A DNA stretch of 64,000 bases from positions 9,026-73,025 of the forward strand of contig JAFNYY010000096.1 of the NCBI GenBank assembly GCA_017383125.1, written 5' to 3'. The notes under the pieces are model-generated. The model made no database searches. It had not been told where the DNA came from and was given only the letters and a program-made list of their open reading frames with translations. Position numbers and translations under genes: made by a program. This stretch comes from Schwartzia sp. (in: firmicutes). Its GTDB lineage: Bacteria > Bacillota > Negativicutes > Selenomonadales > Selenomonadaceae. Positions 1 to 8,587 of the stretch are shown here, piece after piece (the stretch's first letter is position 1; each line of letters begins with the position of its first letter).

Positions 1-2324
1 GCATCCGCCTGCATGACTACTTTCCAGGTACGACCGAAGTTGTTAAAGTCGTTGACCTCCATGCCGCCGAGGAATGACTGCAGGGTCGAGAAGACATCGG
101 ATACAGGAACACCTAGAGCCTGACACTTTTCACGATTTACATCGAATATCAGACCTGGGGTATCGGTATTGAAAGTAGTGTAGGCAACTGCAATGGACGG
201 TTCCATGTTCGCCCGCTTGACGAACTCCTTGGCGTACTTGTCCATGACCTGAACACTGTCGCCACCGAGATTCATAACATAGAGGGAAAGGCTGCCTGTC
301 TCGGACAGACCGGGGAGCGCCGGCATATTGAAGGCCATGACATTTACTTCCGGCATGGATGCTCCGATGCCGAATATCTGCCCAATTACCTGATGCGAGG
401 TAACATCTCGCTCGGCAAAGGGCTTCAGCGCAACCGGCATCAGACCGGCGGAAGCCTTCGGCGCACCGGAGAGAATATCGTAGCCGGCAACACCCATGGA
501 GTGAGCAACGCCGGGAATCTCAGCAATACGACGCTCCAACTCCTGCATTATCTGAATGCCGCGGTTACCGGAGGCACCCTCTGCCAGACTATAGCTAGCC
601 ATGATCATGCCCTGATCTTCTTCCGGAACATAGGAGGTGGGGGTCATATGTGCAGCCACACCGGTGAGACCTACGATAAGGATAAGACCGATGACCATCA
701 GCTTGGCATGAGCGATGCAGATGCCGACCATGTTGGTGTATTTTTCCAAGGTACGGTTGAACCATCGGTTGAATCCGCCGATGATCCTATCCAAAAAGCC
801 GGTACCGGCCGACTCGGAAGCAGCGTGCTCTTCCTTGAGGAGAGTTGCGCACAGAGCTGGAGTCAGAGACAGGGCAACGAAAGCCGACAGGCCCATGGAT
901 ACGGAGATGGTAAGAGCGAACTGCTTATAAAGCTCACCTGTAGTACCACCCATAAAGGCCGTAGGAACGAATACTGACGCCAATACCGCCGCAATGGCAA
1001 CAACCGGGCCGGAAACCTCGTCCATAGCGCGGTAAGTTGCTTCCTTCGGAGACAGACCGTTATCCTGAATGTGATGCTCGACGGCCTCAACTACAACGAT
1101 AGCGTCGTCGACAACGAGACCGATAGCCAGAATCATGGCGAAAAGGCTGATGGTGTTGATGGTAAAGCCCATGAGGACGAAGGCACCGAAGGTACCGACG
1201 AGAGATACCGGAACCGCCAGCATGGGGATGAGGGTAGCCCGCCAGCTGCCCAGGAAAATATAAACAACTATAAGAACGAGGACGAGAGCCTCAAAGAAGG
1301 TATGGGCAACCTTGGAGAGAGATTCCTTGATGAACTCACTGTTATCCTGGAAGATACCCAGCTCCATATCAGACGGCAGACGAGTTTGAGCATCCTTAAT
1401 TACCTCTCTGATACCGTCAGCCGTTTCGATAGCATTTGCATCGGAAGTAATAGCTACGGCGAAGGCAACGGATTCAGCATTGTCAACTTCTGAATAAGGG
1501 ACGTCCATTCGAGAACCTTCCTTGACATTGGCAACATCCCGTATCCGGAGAGTCTGACCATTCTCCGAGCGAATGATGATGTTTTTGAATTCCTCAACCT
1601 TCTTCAATCGGCCTTCAGCGGAAGCAGCGTAGGTCATTTCCTGCTGCTCTGCGGTCGGACGGGAACCGATGGAGCCTACCGGTGCCTGAATGTTCTGGGT
1701 CTTGATCGCTGAAGCGACATCTGATACCGTGAGCCCCAGCTGAGCCAGCTTGTCCGGCATCAGCTCGATACGCATAGCGTACTCCGGGCCGTACTCACTG
1801 ATGGAAGATACGCCCTTGACTCGCTTCATGGCATCCAGGAAGTTTGCCATAGCATAGGTACGCAGGAACATACCGTCATAGGTCTTGTTGGGAGATGACA
1901 GCTGGAAGAACATCAGCGTCTGGGGAGATTTCTTCGCCGTGGTGATACCGTAAGATGTTACCTCAATCGGCATGGAGGTAGATGCCTGAGAAACACGGTT
2001 CTGAACCTCTACCGCCGCAATATCGGCATCCTTCTCCAGATTGAAAGTAACATCCAGCGTGTAGTTACCGGTGTTGGTAGAGGTCGAGCGCATATCGCGC
2101 ATGTTCTCAACACCGTTTACCTTCTGCTCGATAGCCTGAGCAACGGCCTCTTCAACAGTGGTGGAACTGGCACCTACATAGTTAGTCGTTACGGATATTT
2201 GCGGCTTTGTTATGTCCGGGTATTGGGCGATAGGCAAGCTAAAGCCGGCAATAGCACCGATAAGGGTGATGAGTATTGACAAGGCCATCGCGAAGATAGG
2301 TCGGTCAATGAAAAATCTTGCCAT
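1..2324 (-). CDS. RND (HAE1/AcrB-type) efflux permease, C-terminal part cut by the window edge
   Basis: Absent from the ORF track because it has no stop in the window. Hand translation of the reverse strand from ATG 2324-2322 gives MARFFIDRPIFAMALSILITLIG. Mid-gene (around 1139) reads AMILAIGLVVDDAIVVVEA, and the window edge reads EVNDFNNFGRTWKVVMQAD, all in the same frame. It starts 17 nt after the adaptor gene's stop. Confidence 0.93.
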   Translation of the reverse strand, partial: MARFFIDRPIFAMALSILITLIGAIAGFSLPIAQYPDITKPQISVTTNYVGASSTTVEEAVAQAIEQKVNGVENMRDMRSTSTNTGNYTLDVTFNLEKDADIAAVEVQNRVSQASTSMPIEVTSYGITTAKKSPQTLMFFQLSSPNKTYDGMFLRTYAMANFLDAMKRVKGVSSISEYGPEYAMRIELMPDKLAQLGLTVSDVASAIKTQNIQAPVGSIGSRPTAEQQEMTYAASAEGRLKKVEEFKNIIIRSENGQTLRIRDVANVKEGSRMDVPYSEVDNAESVAFAVAITSDANAIETADGIREVIKDAQTRLPSDMELGIFQDNSEFIKESLSKVAHTFFEALVLVLIVVYIFLGSWRATLIPMLAVPVSLVGTFGAFVLMGFTINTISLFAMILAIGLVVDDAIVVVEAVEHHIQDNGLSPKEATYRAMDEVSGPVVAIAAVLASVFVPTAFMGGTTGELYKQFALTISVSMGLSAFVALSLTPALCATLLKEEHAASESAGTGFLDRIIGGFNRWFNRTLEKYTNMVGICIAHAKLMVIGLILIVGLTGVAAHMTPTSYVPEEDQGMIMASYSLAEGASGNRGIQIMQELERRIAEIPGVAHSMGVAGYDILSGAPKASAGLMPVALKPFAERDVTSHQVIGQIFGIGASMPEVNVMAFNMPALPGLSETGSLSLYVMNLGGDSVQVMDKYAKEFVKRANMEPSIAVAYTTFNTDTPGLIFDVNREKCQALGVPVSDVFSTLQSFLGGMEVNDFNNFGRTWKVVMQAD

Positions 2325-2341
2325 TCTTCAGAAACCTCCTG

Positions 2342-3490
2342 TCAGCGAGCTACAGCCTTGTCAAGCTCGGCCTCGGTCATGGGCTGAGCGGTTACGGTCA
2401 CACCATTGTTTACATTCTGAATGCCCTCGACGACGATGTTCTCGTTGCCCTCAAGTCCGGACTCGACCATGATGAGGCGGCCAACGAGCTTTCCGACCTG
2501 GACTTCCTTCAGCTGTATCTTATTTTCGCTGTCGATAACCGCGACGAACTTCTTGTATAGAATATCCTTTATCGCGCGCTGCGGAATGAGGATAGCATTC
2601 TTCCTTATGCCGGCACTGGCCTGAACACGGGCGAACATTCCCGGCAGGAGCAGTCTCTCATTGTTGGGGAACTGAGCCTTGATGGTGAGAGTACCATCGC
2701 CGATTCCGCGATCGACCTCAGTGACTTTTCCCTTTTCCTTATATACGCTGTTATCGGTGAGGACGAGGGACAGGTCAGCCAGCTCGCTGTTTCCCTTTGC
2801 CCGCATCAAAGAGAGATATTCTTTTTCAGAGATGGAGAACTTTACCTTCACCGGGTTCACATCGCTCATCTTCAGCAGGACAGTTTGACCAGCGGTTACG
2901 AAGTTGCCCACGGAAAGGTCGCTCGTATTGACCCGGCCGCCAAATGGTGCTCTGACCTCAGTCTCGCCCAAATCGACCTCGGCATTGCGCAGTGCTGCGC
3001 CGGCAGCAGCTGCCGTAGCCTCAGCCTGAGCGGCCTGAGATACTGCCAAATCATATTGCTGGCGGGAAATTGCGGCCTGTGCATACAGCTTTTCGTAGCG
3101 CTCCAGATCCTGACTGAGGCGGAGCTGATCGGCCTGCGCCCGGGCATAATTTGCCTTCGCACTCAAATAAGCTCCCTCATAGAGACGGTTGTCAATGGTA
3201 TAGAGGAGCTGACCTTCCTCTACCTGCTCACCGCCGATGAAGTGCTTGCCGGTTATCTTTCCGCTGACCTGAGCCTGAAGTACGGCTTCCTTCTCAGCCT
3301 CGATAAAGCCGGTGAATTCATAAACATCGGGAGTGTCCCGACGAATAACATTCATAGATTTTACCAGCACCTGCTGAGGTCCCTTTGCCTGCTGCTGTTT
3401 GCCGCAGCCGAAGAAGGATACCGATGCAGCGATGGTCAGTCCCAGTGCCATTGCTCTGAGCCTGCTGCGTTTTGCTCCAAATAAAAACAT
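2342..3490 (-). CDS. RND efflux periplasmic adaptor (membrane fusion protein, AcrA/HlyD family), probable lipoprotein
   Basis: 382 aa ORF with a signal peptide ending in FFGC. It has a coiled-coil hairpin (ANYARAQADQLRLSQDLERYEKLY...) and beta-barrel segments typical of MFPs, and lies directly upstream of the RND permease. Confidence 0.88.
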   Translation of the reverse strand: MFLFGAKRSRLRAMALGLTIAASVSFFGCGKQQQAKGPQQVLVKSMNVIRRDTPDVYEFTGFIEAEKEAVLQAQVSGKITGKHFIGGEQVEEGQLLYTIDNRLYEGAYLSAKANYARAQADQLRLSQDLERYEKLYAQAAISRQQYDLAVSQAAQAEATAAAAGAALRNAEVDLGETEVRAPFGGRVNTSDLSVGNFVTAGQTVLLKMSDVNPVKVKFSISEKEYLSLMRAKGNSELADLSLVLTDNSVYKEKGKVTEVDRGIGDGTLTIKAQFPNNERLLLPGMFARVQASAGIRKNAILIPQRAIKDILYKKFVAVIDSENKIQLKEVQVGKLVGRLIMVESGLEGNENIVVEGIQNVNNGVTVTAQPMTEAELDKAVAR

Positions 3491-3792
3491 AATCTATATG
3501 CCTCCCTGATATTTACGGAAATTCCCTGACACCTATCCATAGAGAGCCTATGTATCTAAAATGCGAAGTCACATACTTCGCCCATGTGCCTATTTAGATA
3601 ATATACTATAAAAATCCGTATTAGTAAACAGTTATTTACTATTTTTTCAAAATTTGCCCCAAAGTCAAAATTTCATGAACAAAGTCTGGCGAAAACACTC
3701 TCCCATTCTTAATAAGCATAACAATTTTATCAAAGGCTCTTTTCATGAAGCTTTACATAAAAAGGGCGGTAAATTTTACCGCCCCGGCTCTT

Positions 3793-4158
3793 CTATTGTT
3801 TATAGGTAAGCGCCTTCAGATCAACGAATGTATCCTTGTCCACCTTAGCCAGGAATTTCTGCCCATCCTTCAGTTCACCGGCTATCGTGATTTCCTTCTC
3901 ATTTCCGGCGAAGAAAAGGCCTGCCGCCAGTCCGATAGGCCCGAGGACGAGGCTGCCCAGTGCGCCCCAACCGGCCTTTGCCAGGAAGCTGGCTTTATTT
4001 TCCTCCGTCAACTGCTCCAGTGTCACTAGATTTCCTTCCAGCTCGATCTCCTCATTACTTAAGAGTCCCGTGCTTCGCTCCAGATAATAGCCTGAAACAA
4101 GGCCCTTCTTCAGCTCGTATTTGTTGTCATTCATTCCGGCAATCATTTCAAATTTCAT
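3793..4158 (-). CDS. Hypothetical small protein with a central Gly-rich hydrophobic segment
   Basis: The ORF is 3793..4167. AGGGAGG abuts the first ATG, so the second ATG (4158, MKFEMIAG) has the better SD spacing. The segment AGWGALGSLVLGPIGLAAGLFFAG looks membrane-embedded. No family was recognised. Confidence 0.5.
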   Translation of the reverse strand: MKFEMIAGMNDNKYELKKGLVSGYYLERSTGLLSNEEIELEGNLVTLEQLTEENKASFLAKAGWGALGSLVLGPIGLAAGLFFAGNEKEITIAGELKDGQKFLAKVDKDTFVDLKALTYKQ

Positions 4159-4284
4159 GGTGGTCATCCTCCCTTACATGGTCGATGATTCATCAGTTCA
4201 ACTTACAGATTTATTATAATTCTTCCGTCGGCTGCTGACAATAGAACTGCCGCCGATTTAACCTAACTTTAATGAAAGTCGAAA

Positions 4285-4324
4285 GTCCCCTGCCGCCGAC
4301 GGAATATCCGCCGCAGCAGGGGAC
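4285..4324 (-). terminator. GC-rich hairpin downstream of the aminotransferase gene
   Basis: GTCCCCTGC (4285-4293) pairs with GCAGGGGAC (4316-4324), with further inner GC pairs. On the minus-strand RNA it is followed by TTTCGACTTTC; on the plus strand by TGGTTTTC. Confidence 0.55.
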
Positions 4325-4353
4325 TGGTTTTCATCATTTCAATTCAGCTAGGA

Positions 4354-5199
4354 TTACTGAGCCTTGCACTCTTCCTCAACGGCGTTGATACGATACTCCT
4401 GCAGCTTCTTTACCAGCTCGGGAGCCTTGCCGCCAACCGGCTTGCCGTCAAGCTCTACGGCCTGGAGGCAGAAGCGGCTGGAAGCGGTTACGAGGACTTC
4501 GTCGGCATTCCGGAGATCGTCCAGGGTGTAGAAGGTCTCATCGACAGCCATGCCGATAGCCTTGGCAGCCTTGATAAGATGAGCGCGGCCGATGCCCGGC
4601 AGGATGTGATGATCTGCGGGATGGGTCAGAAGCTTGCCGTCCTTGATGATGTGGCAGTTGGAGTGAGCGCACTCGGTAACGATGTCACCGCGGTGGAAGA
4701 TGACCTCATCACAGCCGGCCTTCCTGGCAGCCTCGGCAGCCAGCACGGACGGAATGAGATTCAGAGTCTTGATATTGCAGTACTCAAAGCGGTGATCCTC
4801 ATAGCTGATGAGCTTCAGCTTCTGATAGGTATCCGGCTTGCCGGTCGGAGTCAGGGTAACAATGAGGTTTGCCTTGACACCCTCGGGGTACTCATGCTTA
4901 CGGGGTGCGGTACCGCGGGTAACGGACCAGTATACGAACTGCTCCGGGGACTCTACCTTGGCAACGAGATCCTTAAGGAGCTGGGAAAGCTCTTCCTTGC
5001 TCATGGGGATTACGATGTCCAGCAGAGCAGCGCTGTTGTAGAAGCGCTCGATATGATCCTCAAGAGCCCAGATTACATGATTGTGAGCAAAGGAAGCATC
5101 ATAAACGCCATCGCCGTAGTACATAGCACGGTCGTTTAGGGGAATCCTCATATCTGCAATTTCGGTGATCTCTCCATTATAATAAGCCAGTGTTTTCAT
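4354..5199 (-). CDS. dat: Class IV PLP aminotransferase, D-amino-acid (D-alanine) aminotransferase-like
   Basis: The ORF is 4354..5262, but the likely start is MKTLAYYNGE at 5199, preceded by GGAGGGG. The length and the N-terminal pattern (YYNGE..., DRA.YYGDGVYD) fit the Dat/IlvE fold-type IV family. Confidence 0.72.
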   Translation of the reverse strand: MKTLAYYNGEITEIADMRIPLNDRAMYYGDGVYDASFAHNHVIWALEDHIERFYNSAALLDIVIPMSKEELSQLLKDLVAKVESPEQFVYWSVTRGTAPRKHEYPEGVKANLIVTLTPTGKPDTYQKLKLISYEDHRFEYCNIKTLNLIPSVLAAEAARKAGCDEVIFHRGDIVTECAHSNCHIIKDGKLLTHPADHHILPGIGRAHLIKAAKAIGMAVDETFYTLDDLRNADEVLVTASSRFCLQAVELDGKPVGGKAPELVKKLQEYRINAVEEECKAQ

Positions 5200-5574
5200 T
5201 TTTACCCCTCCGTAAAAAATAGTCGGTGTTCTGTTCATATTTCTTTGGAAATATAGTCGCATTATACTCCCGACTGATTGCTCTGTAAAGATTTTATTTA
5301 GGTATACAAGTATTCATAAAATTATAATGTTTCAGAATTATTTAATCTTAAAATTTTCGGACAACAAGCTCTCTTTCCGGGAAAATTTATCCTAGCTTGT
5401 AACAAGTTAAATTTATATAATGTAGCCCGATAACCCCAATAAGCAAGACGGAGGGATACCATGTACAAAGAAATACTCGGAAAACTCACAGCCAAACAGA
5501 ATATGACACAGGCGGATGTCGTGGACTGTGAAAAATGGTTGCTCGTTTTTCACAGCCTCTTTTTTATTCTCTGT

Positions 5575-6294
5575 TTATTCGTCTATTCTGAAATACTTCA
5601 TCCAAGCCTTAAATTTATCCTGCGCCGCCAGACAGGTATCACGAAGATATGCTCTGTCGTTCTCCCACTCATTCAATCCCCTGTAATAGTAAAATTTCAA
5701 ATCATCATCTATCACGAAAGGAACAATTCCGTTGCGAAGGCACTCTTTCAGCATAATCAGTCTGCCCACACGACCGTTGCCGTCCTGAAAGGGATGTATC
5801 CGTTCAAAGCGATAATGGAAATCTATAATCTCTTCCAGATTTCTAGTTTCGACGCTTTTGTATTCTGCAAGCAAATTCTCCACCGCTCCGGCTACATCCT
5901 CCGGTAAAGTTGTTTCTTTGCCAGCGACTTCATTCGGCAATTTTTTATAATCACCTATAGCAAACCATTCCTTCGCCGCATCGGTGGTGTTTTCCTTTAG
6001 TTTACGATGTAGCTCTTTTATAAAATTCTCCGTCAACGGCTCATCAACAGAATCAATCACCATGTCAATACAGCGAAAATGACCGGCTGTTTCCAGTATG
6101 TCATCCACCAATACTGCCTCTTCACTAACTCCGATAGTGTTCGTTTCATATATCAGCCGAGTCTGCTCATAAGACAGGCAGCTTCCCTCCATGTGATTGG
6201 AATTATATGTCATTTCCACCTGAAGCTTGTGATAGATTCCACCCTTAATTTTTCCTTTTTTCTCTTCCAGCAGGACTGTCTTCAAGTCTCTCAA
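5575..6294 (-). CDS. fic: Fic family protein (AMPylase-type), class II with an N-terminal inhibitory motif
   Basis: It carries the canonical Fic motif HPFQDGNGRVGRL. An (S/T)xxxE(G/N) inhibitory motif, SNHMEG, lies near residue 31. The TTG start at 6294 directly follows the secretin's TAA (6295-6297), with AGGTG 6 nt upstream. The gene is visibly A/T-rich relative to its neighbours. Confidence 0.9.
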   Translation of the reverse strand: MRDLKTVLLEEKKGKIKGGIYHKLQVEMTYNSNHMEGSCLSYEQTRLIYETNTIGVSEEAVLVDDILETAGHFRCIDMVIDSVDEPLTENFIKELHRKLKENTTDAAKEWFAIGDYKKLPNEVAGKETTLPEDVAGAVENLLAEYKSVETRNLEEIIDFHYRFERIHPFQDGNGRVGRLIMLKECLRNGIVPFVIDDDLKFYYYRGLNEWENDRAYLRDTCLAAQDKFKAWMKYFRIDE

Positions 6295-7851
6295 TTATTT
6301 CACCTGCCTTTTTATTTCTTTTCCATCCGACTGAGCAGCTGCCGCCCGTTCCTCGGCCTGAGCCGTTGACAGCCGTATCCGGTTGTCGTCCAGCACATGA
6401 GCTGTCAGGAAAATCATTATCTCACTGTCGGTCTTTGACTTCTTCACATTCCGGAAAAAAGCTCCTAATATAGGCAAATCTCCCAAGAACGGTACCTTTG
6501 ACAGCGTCTTTGCTTCTTCACTGCCAATCAGCCCTCCGATGACCATCGTTTCTCCGTCCCGAAGCCGCACCGTAGTATCGGCACTGCGGGACTGAAATCG
6601 ATAGGCCTTCATCTCCTCAACATAGAGCGGCGAGCTGACCTCCGTATGCACCTCGGCGGTGATTGTTCCATCGCCGTTTACCCGCGGTGTATATCGGAGG
6701 ATAATTCCCGCCTCCTTATAGCTTATGGAGGTGGTTGTGGTAGAATTCGTCACCGAGGTTTCCGTCACCGGGACTTCGCCGCCGATATTTATGACAGCCT
6801 CGTGCCCCTGTATGGTTGTAATGTTCGGTCTGGCCAGCACCTTCGCTTTGCCGTCGGTGATAAGGGCATTGATAGTGGCACCGTAATAAAACTCAAAGGG
6901 ATGTCCCTCGGGCCCCCGGCCAAACTGGATAATGCCGTAAGAATTATTTCCCCACCTGCGGCTGACCGTGGTCTTCGGCACATCGACGGTAACTGTGCTG
7001 TAAGTGCCGTCCGGATTCTGCACTACCTGCCGGCGGGATTCGTTGGAAGTTTCCCGTTCGGGATATTGCGGCACGCTCGACCACTGCCATTGGACGCCGA
7101 GATTTTTCGCTGCCTCCTTGGAGATTGCCAGCACTCTTGCCTCCAGGGCAATCTGCTTAGCGGGAACATCCAGTTCCTTCACCATACGGCGTACCTGTTC
7201 CGCTTCGGCAGAGGTCCCGTAGAAAATCAGTGAATTGGTCTGGTAGTCACAGCTTACCCGTCGGTCATCGTCGGAGCTGCTGCGTCCCCGACGATTGTTC
7301 AGTCTTTCATTCCTCCGGTTTACGGTGTTTCCTGCAGTCCCAGAGTGCTGTCCGTAATCCTTGCCGTTCTGCCGGGTTCGATAGGTGTCGCCTGTCCCGG
7401 TGTCATTCCGGCGTTCTCTGCCGTAGCTGTAATCATCGTAGTCATCGCTGCCCCCGAAAGCCATGTCCACGGCCTCGGCAATGGTGTCCAGCTCGGCGTT
7501 TTCTATCCGGAACACATGGACTCCATAGAGACTGCTGCCCCCTACACCACCGGTAGTGACAACCAGTGTATCCCCTCGGCGGCTGATTGACAGGCCTCTG
7601 GTCATGGCCACTATCTCCGCCGCTTCCCAGGGATCCACATCCTTCAGCGATATCGTCAGCCGGCCCTTTACAGATTCATCCATTACGAGGCCGATGCCGC
7701 CCAGCTCAGCAATCTGGGTGAATACTCCCCGGACATCGGCGTTGCGAAAATCCAGAGAAATCGCCTCGGCGGAGGCAGAGGTCAATCCACTGCCGTATAA
7801 CATTGCACCGACACATACGGCAGTCAGTTTTCTACAAAAGCAATTCTTCAT
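6295..7851 (-). CDS. pilQ: Type IV pilus-type secretin (PilQ-like)
   Basis: 518 aa with a signal peptide. It has an N0/STN-like domain (ISLDFRNADVRGVFTQIAELGGIGLVMDESVKGRLTISLKDV) and a secretin core (KVLARPNITTIQGHEAVINIGGEVPV; VPFLGDLPILGAFFRNVKKSKTDSEIMIFLTAHVL). Confidence 0.9.
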   Translation of the reverse strand: MKNCFCRKLTAVCVGAMLYGSGLTSASAEAISLDFRNADVRGVFTQIAELGGIGLVMDESVKGRLTISLKDVDPWEAAEIVAMTRGLSISRRGDTLVVTTGGVGGSSLYGVHVFRIENAELDTIAEAVDMAFGGSDDYDDYSYGRERRNDTGTGDTYRTRQNGKDYGQHSGTAGNTVNRRNERLNNRRGRSSSDDDRRVSCDYQTNSLIFYGTSAEAEQVRRMVKELDVPAKQIALEARVLAISKEAAKNLGVQWQWSSVPQYPERETSNESRRQVVQNPDGTYSTVTVDVPKTTVSRRWGNNSYGIIQFGRGPEGHPFEFYYGATINALITDGKAKVLARPNITTIQGHEAVINIGGEVPVTETSVTNSTTTTSISYKEAGIILRYTPRVNGDGTITAEVHTEVSSPLYVEEMKAYRFQSRSADTTVRLRDGETMVIGGLIGSEEAKTLSKVPFLGDLPILGAFFRNVKKSKTDSEIMIFLTAHVLDDNRIRLSTAQAEERAAAAQSDGKEIKRQVK

Positions 7852-7878
7852 TCCCTGTCAACCAACCTGTCCTCTATC

Positions 7879-8385
7879 TTACGGCTGTGAATCCACCAGT
7901 CTCAGCACCCGCTGTCCCGACGGGCCATTTATAACGACGGCCCGACTCGCCTCATCAATTTCTATCAGAGTTATTCCGGACTTTGTTTCACCTTCTGCCA
8001 AAGTGATAACCGACTGTCCCTGTTCGATTACCGCTCTTACGCCCCGACTGCTCTTAGCCAGACCCGTCAGCCTCATGCCGCCACTCACAGGAACAGCCGT
8101 ACTGCTGTCGGCTGGCTGCCTCATCTCATCAAAGGGAGAAGCAAATACATATCCCGTCTCCGGCTCCAGCTTCAGATGTCCGTCCGACCGGAGACTAGGC
8201 CGGTAGAGAGATGAACCTCCGGCTGCTTTTTCCTTCGGCAGGGAATTGTTTCCCTTTGGCGCAGCGGACACTGGAGCAGCCTGTGAGGCTTCTGTCACCG
8301 GTCTGTCGGTCACGATTCCCCATACCGGCTTCAGCACCAGCAGCGAAGCAGAGAAAAAGACGAGGAGATATATTATGCGCTGCAT
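7879..8385 (-). CDS. Secreted hypothetical protein upstream of the secretin; possibly a PilP-like partner
   Basis: 168 aa with a signal peptide and a Pro/Ala-rich linker. The C-terminal segment GVRAVIEQGQSVITLAEGETKSGITLIEIDEASRAVVINGP resembles the PilP beta-sandwich pattern. The label rests on position and pattern only. Confidence 0.4.
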   Translation of the reverse strand: MQRIIYLLVFFSASLLVLKPVWGIVTDRPVTEASQAAPVSAAPKGNNSLPKEKAAGGSSLYRPSLRSDGHLKLEPETGYVFASPFDEMRQPADSSTAVPVSGGMRLTGLAKSSRGVRAVIEQGQSVITLAEGETKSGITLIEIDEASRAVVINGPSGQRVLRLVDSQP

Positions 8386-8427
8386 AGTATCTCCTCGCCT
8401 TCTTTATATTCTATAAATTTTACTCAT

Positions 8428-8568
8428 CGCTGTAACCATACCTATCGAAAACACGCTCTCGCTCAGAAATCAACGCAGCGGATACAAGGCTCCTGCTTCG
8501 TACGCTTGCTTGCAGGTCGCCAAGTACCGGCATTGATTTATTGTTTTCTTATAGGCATGGTTACAGCG
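8428..8568. repeat. MITE-like 141 bp element with 18 bp terminal inverted repeats (copy A)
   Basis: CGCTGTAACCATACCTAT (8428-8445) pairs with ATAGGCATGGTTACAGCG (8551-8568), matching 17/18 as an inverted repeat. The reverse complement of the interior shares long stretches with 54088-54224, for example GCCGGTACTT[G/A]GCGA[C/T]CTGCAAGCA and GCAGGAGC. Confidence 0.7.
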
Positions 8569-8587
8569 AAATTACTTTTTAGAGAAA

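Noticed and set aside
4354-5262. N-terminal extensions of several ORF-track calls: 4354-5262, 15144-16955, 22322-23539, 32113-33096, 51877-52185, 55342-56070, 56040-56423, 56555-57352 and 57373-58653.
   Set aside because: The extended starts lack SD sequences or overlap upstream genes. Internal starts with good SD spacing and family-typical N-termini were preferred.
5526-5555. TGTGA...TCACA within the recurrent hairpin as a CRP/FNR-type binding site.
   Set aside because: The half-site spacing is about 20 nt rather than 6 nt. The sequence is better explained as a stem-loop.
5461-5907. The full 148 aa plus-strand ORF as a real gene.
   Set aside because: After about 28 codons it is antisense to the Fic gene, crosses a terminator hairpin and becomes low-complexity hydrophobic sequence. 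Only the 5' stump is discussed, as a possible remnant.
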